Positions 44,159-53,973 are shown, counted from the first letter of the stretch. The stretch: 64,000 bases of DNA from Candidatus Sulfomarinibacteraceae bacterium (GCA_963796455.1 CAWCLO010000010.1:576001-640000), one strand, 5' to 3'. Numbers and translations are program-made. The notes: generated from the sequence alone by a model not told the origin.

Positions 44159-45159
44159 GCCTGGGCCACCATGTACTCGACCAGGTCGACGCACCGGAGC
44201 GAATAGGCGTTTTCGTTGTCGTACCAGGCGACGACCCGGAAGAAGTTGTCCGCCACCTGGGCGATCAGGGGTAGATCGACCACGGATGAACAGCTCTCGC
44301 CGATGATGTCGGTGGAGACGATGGGAACATCGGTTGCCCGGAGGATACCCTTGAGGGGGCCTTCGCCTGCGGCCACAAATGCCTTCTGGAGCTCTTCCAC
44401 GGTCGACGGCCTGCTGGAAACAAAGGTCAGATCACAGACCGAACCGTCGGGTACCGGCACCCGCATGGCGGCGCCGTGCAGCTTGCCTGCGAGGGCGGGG
44501 TAGACCAGGGCGATGGCCTTGGCGGCTCCCGTCGATGCCGGGATGATGTTGATGGCCGCAGCACGTCCGCGGCGCAGATCTGTGTGCTGGACATCGAGGA
44601 CCCGCTGGTTGTTGGTATAGGCATGGGTGGTGGTGAGCCAGCCGTGTTCGATTCCCACCGTCTCGTGGAGGACCTTGGCCACCGGGGCCAGACAGTTGGT
44701 GGTGCACGACGCATTGGAAACGATCTGATGATTGGCGGGGTCATACAGATCGTTGTTGACGCCCATGACAAAGGTCGCGTCAATGTCCTGACCCGGGGCG
44801 GTGATGACCACTTTGCTGGCACCGGCTTCGAGGTGGGCCGATGCCTTCTCCCGGCTGCGGAAGAGGCCGGTGGCCTCATAGACGTAGTCGACACCGAGTT
44901 CTTTCCACGGCAGTTGTGCGGGGTCGCGTTCGGCAAAGACCCGCATGCGATCGCCGTCAATAACGAGATCCGAACCGTCGACTTCCACAGTGCCCTTGTA
45001 GCGACCGTGAACCGAATCATGACCGAAGAGATACCCGAGGGTATCGGGGGAGGTCAGGTCGTTGATAGCCACCAGATCGAAGCCATCGCGGGCCTTGAGG
45101 TGACGGGCAAGGAGCCGTCCGATTCTGCCGAAACCATTGATCGCGACCTTGATGCTCAT
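44155..45159 (-). CDS. gap: Glyceraldehyde-3-phosphate dehydrogenase (type I)
   Basis: INGFGRIGR, SNASCTTNCLAP, STGAAKA, WYDNE. Confidence 0.98.
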   Translation of the reverse strand: MSIKVAINGFGRIGRLLARHLKARDGFDLVAINDLTSPDTLGYLFGHDSVHGRYKGTVEVDGSDLVIDGDRMRVFAERDPAQLPWKELGVDYVYEATGLFRSREKASAHLEAGASKVVITAPGQDIDATFVMGVNNDLYDPANHQIVSNASCTTNCLAPVAKVLHETVGIEHGWLTTTHAYTNNQRVLDVQHTDLRRGRAAAINIIPASTGAAKAIALVYPALAGKLHGAAMRVPVPDGSVCDLTFVSSRPSTVEELQKAFVAAGEGPLKGILRATDVPIVSTDIIGESCSSVVDLPLIAQVADNFFRVVAWYDNENAYSLRCVDLVEYMVAQA

Positions 45160-45319
45160 GGGGACCTCCACGGGTATTGGATTGGCGCGGAAGTATAGCA
45201 GGTTTGCTGTCGCCCGATCGAAATCTTGAAGGAGCGAAAGGGGTGTGTGTGGGTAGGCTCGAACCCCCCGGCGATATCTTGCGCCACAGAAGCTCTTGTG
45301 GTAAATTTTGCGTTCGCGT

Positions 45320-45395
45320 GGCCCGTTCGTCTAGGGGTTCAGGACGCCGGCCTCTCACGCCGGTAACACGGGTTCGAATCCCGTACGGGCTACCA
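45320..45395 (+). tRNA. tRNA-Glu(CTC)
   Basis: GGCCCGT...CCGGC-CT-CTC-AC-GCCGG...GTTCGAATC...ACGGGCTACCA. Confidence 0.97.
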
Positions 45396-45506
45396 CGTCT
45401 TGCTCCGCAAGACCGTTGGTCCGGTCTCCGCCACGGAACAACCCCCCCACCTTCAGAGTTGTTTCCTGCATCTTGGACCTCTCGTGTCTGAAGTGCGAGT
45501 TTCGGA

Positions 45507-45795
45507 CAGCGATCAGGGACAGCGTCAGCGGCGGCGTTCAGTCATCAGCGACAGACATCAGCGATCAGCGGCAGGGGCAGTGACAGCGAACAGCACTCAC
45601 TTCTTCGGGTTCAGCAGCCGCCAGGTCATGGCACGGACCTGATCGAAGGCGTTCATCGGCTACCCCTTCTGTTGAACGACCCGGAAGTGGCCTCGCCGTC
45701 ACTGCACCTGATCGCTGGCCCTGAACACTGATTGCTGCCCCCTGCCCCTGTTCGCTGTTGCCTGTCGCTGACGCTGGACACTGTCCCTGCCGCTG
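45507..45795. mobile_element. Putative non-autonomous element: inverted CAG/CTG-periodic arms enclosing a mini-ORF
   Basis: Left arm 45507-45595 of CAGNNN(N) units; right arm 45699-45795 of (N)NNNCTG units; outer ends are mutually reverse-complementary. Confidence 0.5.
45597..45656 (-). pseudogene. 19-aa mini-ORF MNAFDQVRAMTWRLLNPKK, likely internally deleted four-helix-bundle (IVP/Avd-like) gene
   Basis: SD AAGGGG 6 nt upstream and in-frame TAG two codons before the ATG; resembles the fused N- and C-termini of four-helix-bundle proteins (recalled, not searched). Confidence 0.5.
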
Positions 45796-46084
45796 CAATT
45801 CGGGATCGGGAACGGGTACGTGCCAACCGCGAACCGGATATGCCAAAAACCAACCCGTAAACCTCGGGTTGTCAGGTGAGCGACGCCACGTGACGAGCTG
45901 TTTTGGACGGCAGCGATCCTCATCTTCGTCGCCAAAACCTCGACGGCATCTCGAGCGGCTGCTTTTTACGCGAAACAAGGGTCGGATTTTCGAGGCTTGG
46001 TTTTCTCTTCGCCGGTGTCGGGTAGAATGTGTTCACAGAACGCGAATGAACCCATAACCCCGAATCGATGAAGGGAGAACGAAT

Positions 46085-46516
46085 ATGGAAGAGACACCGC
46101 AAGGCCCGAACGACGGCGCACCGCCACCACCACCACCTGCAGAGGCGCCACCACCGGTTCAGGAGAGTGCTCCGGCTGAAGTCGTTTCCGACAACCGCGG
46201 GATCATGATCGTGCTCTCATATCTCGGTCTGCTCGCGTTGATTCCCCTGCTCGTCGAAAAAGATGACAAAGAGGTTCAGTGGCACGCAAAGCACGGTTTG
46301 GTGCTCATGGTCTTCGAGTTTCTCGTCGTGATCGGACTGATGATCATCGGTGCGGTTCTCGGAGCCATCAGTGGAGGATTGGGTTGTGTGTTCGGCCTGC
46401 TGTGGCCTGTCTTCATGTTGGCCGCTTTGATCGTTCACGTCTTGTGCATCGTCAAGGGGCTGAACGGCGAAAGATTCTTGATCCCCGGGATCAGCGAATT
46501 TGCCGATCGATTCTGA
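46085..46516 (+). CDS. DUF4870-like membrane protein with Pro-rich N-terminus
   Basis: LSYLGLLALIPLLVEKDDKEVQWHAKHG, three TMs, GERFLIP. Confidence 0.8.
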   Translation: MEETPQGPNDGAPPPPPPAEAPPPVQESAPAEVVSDNRGIMIVLSYLGLLALIPLLVEKDDKEVQWHAKHGLVLMVFEFLVVIGLMIIGAVLGAISGGLGCVFGLLWPVFMLAALIVHVLCIVKGLNGERFLIPGISEFADRF

Positions 46517-46629
46517 AGCCGTAGCTTCTTTCTGACTGGTTCGAGAACCATCGCATCCTCGTGATTGCTCGGAGTCGAGCTGATGTTTTTTCGGTTGGTG
46601 TGTGCGATGGTCGAAAGGAGAGAGAGGCT

Positions 46630-47088
46630 GTGCGTCTCTCCCAGAAACTCGATGATGAAATGGTCCTGATCGCGCCGGCTGTCGAGACCCGCGACGAACT
46701 TTTCGGAGTCTTTGGCCGCCTGGTTCATGATGCCGGTTGGGTCGATTCGCCGGTCGTTGTCGTCGACGGGCTCCTCGAACGTGAAGCGATCCTCTCAACC
46801 GGAATCGGTGGCGGCGTTGCGGTTCCCCACGCCCAGATACCCGGGCTCGGCCGCTTGCTGATGGCCGTTTCGACCCACCCCGAGGGTCTTGACTATCCCG
46901 CCCTCGACGAGCAGCCGGTCCGAATCGTGTTCTGTTTGATCGGAGATGCCGACACCACCGCTGATCACCTTGCGGGTCTGGCGCGGCTGGCCCGGCTGGC
47001 GCGTCGGCCGAAGGATCTCGAAGCCTTGATTCAGGCCGCCGACGGCGCTGACTTTCGGCGCATCCTCGGACTGTTGGAGGGAGGCTGA
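46630..47088 (+). CDS. PTS EIIA (fructose/mannitol/Ntr-type) domain protein
   Basis: REAILSTGIGGGVAVPHA phosphoacceptor motif; H-LARLARL; GTG start after AGGAG/GAGG. Confidence 0.88.
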   Translation: MRLSQKLDDEMVLIAPAVETRDELFGVFGRLVHDAGWVDSPVVVVDGLLEREAILSTGIGGGVAVPHAQIPGLGRLLMAVSTHPEGLDYPALDEQPVRIVFCLIGDADTTADHLAGLARLARLARRPKDLEALIQAADGADFRRILGLLEGG

Positions 47089-47424
47089 GTGCAACTCCTC
47101 CTGGTCATCGTCCACCGCGAGGATGTGCTCGATGACGTGCTGTCGGCCTTGGTCGAGGTCGAGGCGCCCGACGCGATCGTGATCGAGAGTCGAAGCGGCC
47201 TCGAGCTCTTGGAGCGCGATCTGCCGATTTTTGCCGGTCTCAGATCCCTGGTTCCGAGCGGGATTGATTTCTCGGCCCTCGTTTTATGCGCGATCGAAGA
47301 TGACGATCACGCCCACGAGGCCCTGGCTGCGATCGGCAATCTCGATTTCGGCGAGTTTCGGGCGGCAGCCGGGCTGCGCAACACCGCGCTGCTCGTGCCG
47401 GTGTCGAATCTCCGGTTCTTCTGA
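47089..47424 (+). CDS. PII-like small protein
   Basis: 111 aa; LLLVIV..DDVLSAL..AIVIES..PIFAGLR..LLVPV beta-alpha-beta pattern of the PII superfamily. Confidence 0.6.
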   Translation: MQLLLVIVHREDVLDDVLSALVEVEAPDAIVIESRSGLELLERDLPIFAGLRSLVPSGIDFSALVLCAIEDDDHAHEALAAIGNLDFGEFRAAAGLRNTALLVPVSNLRFF

Positions 47425-47490
47425 CAAAGGCCTCGCGAAAAATCCGGAACGCGTCGAAGCCGTAGATTCCAAAGGAAGGGTCACAGCATC

Positions 47491-48672
47491 GTGCTTCGTG
47501 GGACATTTGCTTTTCTGGCGCTTGTCGCCTTTGCCGTGGTGGCCGCGGAAATCCGTGCGGCCCTGGCGCGGCGGGGGTGGCGGGCACCCGCGATGGAAGG
47601 CGTGTCCTTCCTCGCGGTCGGAGTCGCTCTCGGTGGACACGGATTGGGTCTCTTTCCCGAGGATCTGCTGGCCAATCTTCGGGTAGTCGTTCTTTTCGGT
47701 CTGGCGTGGATCGGGTTGGTTTTTGGGGTCCAGGCGGACTTCCGGGTGATTCGGCGCCTCGGCCCACGTCCGCGATGGATCGGGATGTTGACTCCGCTGT
47801 TGATCGGCCTGCCGGTGGCGCTCGGGGCGGCTTTGTGGGGTCTTTCGGCCGAGATCTCGCTGGCTCTTGCGGCAATGGCCATGGCGAGTTCTCCCAAGCA
47901 ACTCGAATCTTTGGTTCGAGGCCGTGCCGTCGAGGACCGCGGCGGTATTCGTTTGCTCAAGCTGGAGATGGCCTTTGCGGGAATCCCTGCGGTGGCGCTC
48001 TTTGCCGTTGCGGCGGCCCTGGCGAGCCCATTGACGAACGCGAGCGCTCACAGGGTGGCGGCCACGGATTTGATCCTCGTTTTTCTCGGGGTCGGCATCC
48101 TTGTGGGCTACGCGTTGGTCGTGCTGGTGCGCGGTGTTCACGAGAGCGTGCAGCTTCTGACCCTCGCTCTTGGCGGGATGTGTGTGGTCGCCGGTGCGAC
48201 CGCGGTTCTCGGAGTCAGCGCACTTCCAGCTGCGGCCTGTGCCGGGGCGGTGGTCGTCAATCGAACGGTCTTTCCCCATCGCTTCCTGCGGGTCGCTCAT
48301 TCCCTGGAACGACCGGTGCTGGTCGCTCTTCTGGTGTTGGTCGGGGCGTCGTGGTTCGGCGGTAGCATTTCGATCAGCGTCTTTGTGCTTCTGACCGTCG
48401 TACGAATGGCGGCAGCCTGGGGCGCCGGCTGGTTTCTGGCGCTGGCGTCTCCATCGTCCGCCGCTGGAACCGGACCCTCCAATTACGGCATCGGTTTGAT
48501 CTCTCAGGGCGAGTTGGCCCTGGGTTTGCTGGTGGCGGTCGTCAGCTTTTTTCCGGTGGTTGACGGCATTCTCGAGGCGGTGGTGGCTGCCTTGATCGTC
48601 AACAACGTGGTGTGCGGGTTATGGCTTCGTCGCCGCCTGCTGAGCGCGACCGATCGGACGAAAGTCTCATGA
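47491..48672 (+). CDS. Cation:proton antiporter (CPA2)-like membrane protein, divergent subunit
   Basis: About 12 hydrophobic segments; LAWIGLVFG, GLISQGELALGL. Confidence 0.7.
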   Translation: MLRGTFAFLALVAFAVVAAEIRAALARRGWRAPAMEGVSFLAVGVALGGHGLGLFPEDLLANLRVVVLFGLAWIGLVFGVQADFRVIRRLGPRPRWIGMLTPLLIGLPVALGAALWGLSAEISLALAAMAMASSPKQLESLVRGRAVEDRGGIRLLKLEMAFAGIPAVALFAVAAALASPLTNASAHRVAATDLILVFLGVGILVGYALVVLVRGVHESVQLLTLALGGMCVVAGATAVLGVSALPAAACAGAVVVNRTVFPHRFLRVAHSLERPVLVALLVLVGASWFGGSISISVFVLLTVVRMAAAWGAGWFLALASPSSAAGTGPSNYGIGLISQGELALGLLVAVVSFFPVVDGILEAVVAALIVNNVVCGLWLRRRLLSATDRTKVS

Positions 48673-49952
48673 GGTGGTTCCTGTTCCTGTCTCTGGCCGC
48701 ATTCAGTTGGGCCGCCCGCCGACTGGGGATGGAGACCATCGACGACGCGGCCGGTTCGGCCCTCGTTGTCCTCGGGTGCCTGGTCATTGGCGGGGTGCTG
48801 GCGGGTGAGCTCGCACACCGTTTTCGTTTTCCCAGGATCACTGGATATCTCGTCCTCGGCATGATTGCCGGACCACATGCGGTGGGGCTCGAAACCGTGA
48901 GAGATGCCGAGATGTTGCGGCTTTTCGAGGAATTGGCGCTCGGCCTCATTGCGTTGACGGCTGGCGGTGAATTTCGAATCGCCGTGATGCGTCGACGGTT
49001 CAAGCCGTTGGTGGTCATCACCCTCGCGCACACGATCGGGATCGCGATCTTAGTGTCCGGCGCCTTGTGGGCGCTCTCTCTGGTGTTGCCGTTTCTGGGT
49101 CCGGTCGGCTCGGCCGAAACCATCGCCGCGGTGGTCTTGTGTGGAGTGATCGCGGTCGCCGTTTCGCCGTCAACCACCATCGCGGTGATTGCCGATCTTC
49201 GGGCCCGTGGAGAGATGGTCGAAACCGTCCTCGGTGTGACGATCCTCAAAGATCTGGTGATCTTGTTGCTCTTTACGACCGTCAGTGCAGTCGCGATTGC
49301 CGGAGTGAAGGGTGACGGCCTCGACCTCGCGGCTCTGTCGCACGTCGCGGTCGAGATCCTTGGTTCGCTTTTGGTCGGCACCATTTTGGGCACGGTGCTC
49401 GGTGTGTACATTTCGAAGGTCGGTCGTCTCGTGCCTCTCACGGTGCTCCTCCTCGCGCTGGCTTCGGCTGAACTCGGGCGAGGGTCCTGGATGGAACACC
49501 TCCTGGTTTGCATGGCGGCGGGTTTCGCCGCACGAAACCTCTTTCCCGCTGCCGCGGGTCGGTTTCTCGACGCCCTCGAACAGTCCTCGACCCCGATCTT
49601 CGTCATTTTCTTTGCCCTGGTCGGGGCCGGCCTCGACCTCCGTGTCTTCGCCGGCGTCTGGATCCCGGCCTCGATCTATGTCCTGGTGCGATTGGCCGCG
49701 GTGTGGCTCACGACCCGGTGGCCTGCAATCGTTGCGGGATCCGGGAGCGCCGTCATCGAATACGGTTGGACTGGATTTGTGGCCCAGGCGGGTCTGTCGC
49801 TCGGTTTGGCGGCGCGCCTGCAACGAGAGTTGCCCGGGGCCGGTGAAGCGATCGCCGCGGTCGTGGTCGCGGCGGTCGTGGTCAACCAACTGGCGGGTCC
49901 GATCCTGTGGGAGCGTGCGATCCTCGCGACCGGCGAATATGAAGCAAATTAA
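48669..49952 (+). CDS. Cation:proton antiporter (CPA2 family)
   Basis: PRITGYLVLGMIAGP, LIALTAGGE, SPSTTIAVI, TILKD, FFALVGA, QAGLSLGLA; ATGA coupling. Confidence 0.88.
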   Translation: MRWFLFLSLAAFSWAARRLGMETIDDAAGSALVVLGCLVIGGVLAGELAHRFRFPRITGYLVLGMIAGPHAVGLETVRDAEMLRLFEELALGLIALTAGGEFRIAVMRRRFKPLVVITLAHTIGIAILVSGALWALSLVLPFLGPVGSAETIAAVVLCGVIAVAVSPSTTIAVIADLRARGEMVETVLGVTILKDLVILLLFTTVSAVAIAGVKGDGLDLAALSHVAVEILGSLLVGTILGTVLGVYISKVGRLVPLTVLLLALASAELGRGSWMEHLLVCMAAGFAARNLFPAAAGRFLDALEQSSTPIFVIFFALVGAGLDLRVFAGVWIPASIYVLVRLAAVWLTTRWPAIVAGSGSAVIEYGWTGFVAQAGLSLGLAARLQRELPGAGEAIAAVVVAAVVVNQLAGPILWERAILATGEYEAN

Positions 49953-49980
49953 AAAACGGGCCGCCCATCGGGCGGCCCGC
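49951..49980 (-). terminator. Intrinsic terminator at convergent gene junction
   Basis: AAAAAA-CGGGCCGCCC-ATC-GGGCGGCCCG. Confidence 0.8.
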
Positions 49981-50000
49981 AGAGATCGATTCAGAATACG

Positions 50001-51149
50001 TCAGTTGCTCTTGCCGCCGTCCAAGGTCTGGGTCGGGAAGGCACCGTTGCAGCCAGCGTCTTGACCGGAAAAATTCGAACCGACTGCATCGAGTGTGCCA
50101 GAAAACCCGGTGTTGTCTTCGATGGTGAAGGTGACGGTCCAGGTCATATCGCCTCCATCAGGATACGAATCGGTGAACTCGACCCCGGTTTCGAAGTCCT
50201 CGACCGATGTTGGGCTGAGGGCGATGCCCCATTGGAAGATCAGAGTGCACTCCGAGTTGCCCTGGTTGTCGACCTTGTCAAAATTCGAATAGGTGCCGTT
50301 GATGGCCTCGACCACGCCGCCGTCGACAACGAGATTGCCACCGGATGCAAAGGCGAGGCTGTCGTATGCCGAGAACTGGTAAACGCCATCTGCTGAGACC
50401 GCGCCGCCGCCGAATGCAGGCTCGAGGGTGGTCGGGTCTTCGCTCAGGCGGTCGATCTTCGAGCCCAGGACGACCATGGATCCCGAGGCGACGCGAAGTT
50501 GCAGGGTGCCACTCACACCATCCGCCTGATCCCAGAGATCGGTTGCCGTCTGCCACCACGGCTCATAGGCACCGAGGGTCACACTCGCGGTGTCGAGGAG
50601 CGTCCCATTGAGGGCCAGCAGGTCGAGATCGGCCACCGCGCCGCCGGAACCGGCGAGGGCAAAGAAATTGGTGTAGAAGTCGTCGCTATCCACCACGCCC
50701 ATGACATTGGCGGTCTCACCGGCAGCAGTTGCGGAGGGTGCCGGAATCCCCTCGAAGCCCGAGGCAAAGGTGCCTCCCGCGCTGCCGGTGCCCGCGGTCG
50801 CAGTCAAGGTTGCGGTGACAACACCACCCGTGACGGTAATGCGAAAAGCGCCCAGGCCATGGGTCATGTCGAATTCATTGAGGATCACGTCTTCGAGGAC
50901 CAGCGTGCTGTCCGGAGGGACGCTGTAACTCTCTGAAACGGGGTTGGGATTTGCCTGATCACGGACCAACCACGAGACCTGAACCAGAACCGTAGTTGCC
51001 CCGGGATTGTTGATATACAAATCCGAGACCCAGGTGCTCGTTCGGGCCGCTCCGGCGATCCAGAGATCGTCGCCGGGCGTGATGGCAAAAGTCGAAGAAC
51101 TGACTACCACCAGGCCGATACACATCAGTACGAGGTTTCGACGACTCAT
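50001..51149 (-). CDS. Secreted beta-rich hypothetical protein
   Basis: SD AGGAGG, signal peptide, WVSDLYINNP, acidic Ser/Thr/Gly-rich, two Cys in C-terminal domain. Confidence 0.8.
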   Translation of the reverse strand: MSRRNLVLMCIGLVVVSSSTFAITPGDDLWIAGAARTSTWVSDLYINNPGATTVLVQVSWLVRDQANPNPVSESYSVPPDSTLVLEDVILNEFDMTHGLGAFRITVTGGVVTATLTATAGTGSAGGTFASGFEGIPAPSATAAGETANVMGVVDSDDFYTNFFALAGSGGAVADLDLLALNGTLLDTASVTLGAYEPWWQTATDLWDQADGVSGTLQLRVASGSMVVLGSKIDRLSEDPTTLEPAFGGGAVSADGVYQFSAYDSLAFASGGNLVVDGGVVEAINGTYSNFDKVDNQGNSECTLIFQWGIALSPTSVEDFETGVEFTDSYPDGGDMTWTVTFTIEDNTGFSGTLDAVGSNFSGQDAGCNGAFPTQTLDGGKSN

Positions 51150-51334
51150 CACGATCCTCCTAGATCTTTTGCGAATCACTGCAACTTAGCACAACCGATC
51201 GAGCAGCGTTGCCCTGGCTCGGCGTCGGACTTCTCTCAAGAGGAGATACGGTTGACAAGGGCTTTCGGTTACTTCCCCGGCAGATGTTGGCCCGGGTGAA
51301 GATATGGACGATCTGAATGGGATAAGATACGCCG

Positions 51335-52750
51335 ATGACCTATCAGGTGCTCGCTCGGAGCTGGAGACCGCAACGATTCGCCGACCTTCTCGGTCAGGAG
51401 GGTGTTGTTCAAACCCTTTCGAATGCTCTGTCCGGGGAGACCTTCGGCCAGGCATATTTGTTTTCCGGTTTGCGCGGGGTCGGTAAAACGACGGTCGCCC
51501 GGTTGCTCGCCAAAGCGGTCAATTGCGAACACGGGCCGACGGCGGACCCATGCGGTGAGTGCATCTCGTGCATCGAAGTGACCGAAGGCGCCAGCATTGA
51601 TGTCATCGAAATCGACGGCGCGTCGAATCGCGGAATCGACAACGTTCGCGAACTGCGCGATCTGCTGCAGTTTCACCCGACCCGCGACCGTTTTCGTGTC
51701 ATCATCATCGACGAAGTCCACATGCTGACGGACCCGGCCTTCAATGCTCTCCTCAAGAGCCTCGAAGAGCCGCCACCCTATATTCTGTGGATCTTCGCCA
51801 CAACCGAACGCACCAAGGTCCCGGACACGATCCTCTCCCGTTGTCAGCAGCTCGAGTTTCGACCGGTAGGATCGGAACTCATCCGCGGCCGATTGCAGGA
51901 AATCGCGATGACGGACGGCTTTGAATTGGCGCCCTCCGCCGCCGCCGCAATTGCCGGTGTTTCCGAGGGAAGCGTTCGCGACGCCCTGTCGCTTCTGGAT
52001 CAGCTGCGGGCCTTTGCCGCCGACAATATCGACGACGATGCGGTGGCGGCGGTGATCGGCGTACCACCGGTCGAAATCACAGCGGGCCTGTTGCGCGCGA
52101 TGGCGGCCGGCCGGGTCGGCGAAATCCTGGAGCTGCTGCGCGATCAGCTTGCCGGCGGCCAGGATGCTTCGGTTCTCTACAACGAGATTGGCCGGGCGAT
52201 CCGAACAGCGCTCCACCTGGCGGTGGATCCCAAGCTCGAACCGAATCTGTCGGAGTCCCACCGGACATTTTTGCAGCCCCTTGCCGACGAGGTCGGAACG
52301 GACGGGCTCGCCCGGATGCTGGGTCTGTGGCTCGACCACGGCCTCGTGATGCGGGACTCCGGCAATCGTGAGCTCGCTCTCGAGGTGATCGCCATGCGTC
52401 TTGCCCGGTGGCCTTCCGTGCGAGCGGTGGAAGATTGGCTTCGGGGAGCGGAACGGTCGCTGCCGGCAGGTCCCGCACCGAGTACCTCGACCCCGCCGAC
52501 GGCAAGCACCGGCGGACAAGCGGGTGGTTCGCCGCCAGCTTCCGGAGGAAACGCCGCATCGGCCGCAGCGATCTCAGCAACTGAAGTGGGAGCCGACGAC
52601 GACGATGGCCCTCCAAAGGAGATGGCGGTCATCGACCCGCGGGTGGCGGCACTTGAAGAGGAGGCTCGTACGGACCCCGGCGTGATGATGGTGCAGAAGG
52701 TTCTCGGGGGCGACGTGGTTGCGGTGCGTCCGGACAACGACACGAGGTGA
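51335..52750 (+). CDS. dnaX: DNA polymerase III subunit gamma/tau
   Basis: YQVLARSWRPQRF, GLRGVGKTT, PCGECISC, EIDGAS, IIDEVHML, LSRCQ. Confidence 0.96.
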   Translation: MTYQVLARSWRPQRFADLLGQEGVVQTLSNALSGETFGQAYLFSGLRGVGKTTVARLLAKAVNCEHGPTADPCGECISCIEVTEGASIDVIEIDGASNRGIDNVRELRDLLQFHPTRDRFRVIIIDEVHMLTDPAFNALLKSLEEPPPYILWIFATTERTKVPDTILSRCQQLEFRPVGSELIRGRLQEIAMTDGFELAPSAAAAIAGVSEGSVRDALSLLDQLRAFAADNIDDDAVAAVIGVPPVEITAGLLRAMAAGRVGEILELLRDQLAGGQDASVLYNEIGRAIRTALHLAVDPKLEPNLSESHRTFLQPLADEVGTDGLARMLGLWLDHGLVMRDSGNRELALEVIAMRLARWPSVRAVEDWLRGAERSLPAGPAPSTSTPPTASTGGQAGGSPPASGGNAASAAAISATEVGADDDDGPPKEMAVIDPRVAALEEEARTDPGVMMVQKVLGGDVVAVRPDNDTR

Positions 52751-52763
52751 GGCGGGCCCACTG

Positions 52764-53363
52764 ATGGATCTGCGTCCACCGATTGTCCGTGAGCTTCTCG
52801 AGCATCTCGAGCGCCTCCCCGGGGTCGGTCCGCGCACCGCGCAACGCCTGGCGGAACACCTCCTGACCATTGATCGCGGCGAGCTCGAGGCATTTGCCAA
52901 GGTACTTTCCGGGCTCAACGAAAATGTCCGACTGTGCTCCGAGTGTTCTCTGTTGACCGCTTCCGATCCTTGCGAGGTGTGCACCGATCCGGCTCGCGAC
53001 CGCTCGAGGATCCTGGTGGTCGAAGAGCCGACCACCGCCTGGGCGGTGGAAGCGACCGGTGAATACCAGGGCCTTTACCACGCACTACTCGGCCACCTGT
53101 CTCCCCTGCATGGAGTCGGCCCGGAAGAGCTGACGATTGCCGGTCTCGAAGAACGGTGCCGATCGGGGGACGTGATAGAGGTCATTCTTGCGACGGATCC
53201 CACCGTTGAGGGCGAAACCACAGCGCTGTATATCGCGCGCCGGCTGCAGCCGCTCGAGGTCGCGGTGAGCCGCCCCGCCTCCGGCATTCCGGTGGGAGGA
53301 GAGGTCGCCTCGGTGGACAGGGTGACCCTCGCCCAGGCGTTGCAGCTTCGGCGCCTGGTCTGA
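52764..53363 (+). CDS. recR: Recombination mediator RecR
   Basis: LPGVGPRTAQRLA, CSEC..CEVC, YHALLGHLSP, ATDPTVEGETTA. Confidence 0.96.
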   Translation: MDLRPPIVRELLEHLERLPGVGPRTAQRLAEHLLTIDRGELEAFAKVLSGLNENVRLCSECSLLTASDPCEVCTDPARDRSRILVVEEPTTAWAVEATGEYQGLYHALLGHLSPLHGVGPEELTIAGLEERCRSGDVIEVILATDPTVEGETTALYIARRLQPLEVAVSRPASGIPVGGEVASVDRVTLAQALQLRRLV

Positions 53364-53484
53364 CCCATCCCGGTGCTGCTGAGATCGCCCGATCGTCATG
53401 TTGCGCGCCTGTCAGACGGGGCCCGCAGGTGGCCGGATTTGAGGCAGATATGCTATAAATTGATAGGTTTGGAAGTATAACGCG

Positions 53485-53973
53485 GTGAATACATCATTGG
53501 TCATGTACGAAGAGGAGTTCGTGCTTATCAAAGCACTCCTTGACGGCTTGCGCATGGACGCGAGCGCGAAGATTGTATTTCTTGTCGACAAGAATGGGCA
53601 ACAGATCGCCGATGCGGGCGAGGTCGATCTGGTTGACACGACTTCCCTGGCATCGCTCACCGCGGGCAACGTCGCCGCCACCGACGGTCTGGCCAAGTTG
53701 ATCGGTGAAAAGGAGTTCTCGATCCTCTTCCACGAGGGTCGTAAGGACAACATTCACATCTCGATCGTCGCCCAAAGGTTGATTCTGGTGGTGATCTTTG
53801 ATGAGCGTTCTTCGTTGGGGCTGGTTCGGCTCCGGGTCCGCAAGGCCTCCGTCGACATCGAACGGGTCCTCCTCGAAATGGAAGCCAAGTCGCAAAACGT
53901 CGGCACCGTGGAAAACGTCTCTCCCTTTGCCGAGATTACTGATGACGATATCGATGCATTGTTTTCTGAATGA
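53485..53973 (+). CDS. mglB: Roadblock/LC7 GTPase regulator MglB
   Basis: [59 protein letters not shown]. Confidence 0.95.
   Translation: MNTSLVMYEEEFVLIKALLDGLRMDASAKIVFLVDKNGQQIADAGEVDLVDTTSLASLTAGNVAATDGLAKLIGEKEFSILFHEGRKDNIHISIVAQRLILVVIFDERSSLGLVRLRVRKASVDIERVLLEMEAKSQNVGTVENVSPFAEITDDDIDALFSE

Noticed and set aside
45320..51149. Genomic island integrated at tRNA-Glu
   Set aside because: No integrase and no duplicated tRNA 3' end found by eye; downstream genes have host-like composition.
51186..51334. SRP RNA upstream of dnaX
   Set aside because: No CAGG..GGAA..AGCAG domain IV motif on either strand; the region reads as divergent promoters.
51335..52750. Programmed frameshift in dnaX
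   Set aside because: No A-AAA-AAG or poly-A slippery site seen; single open frame.
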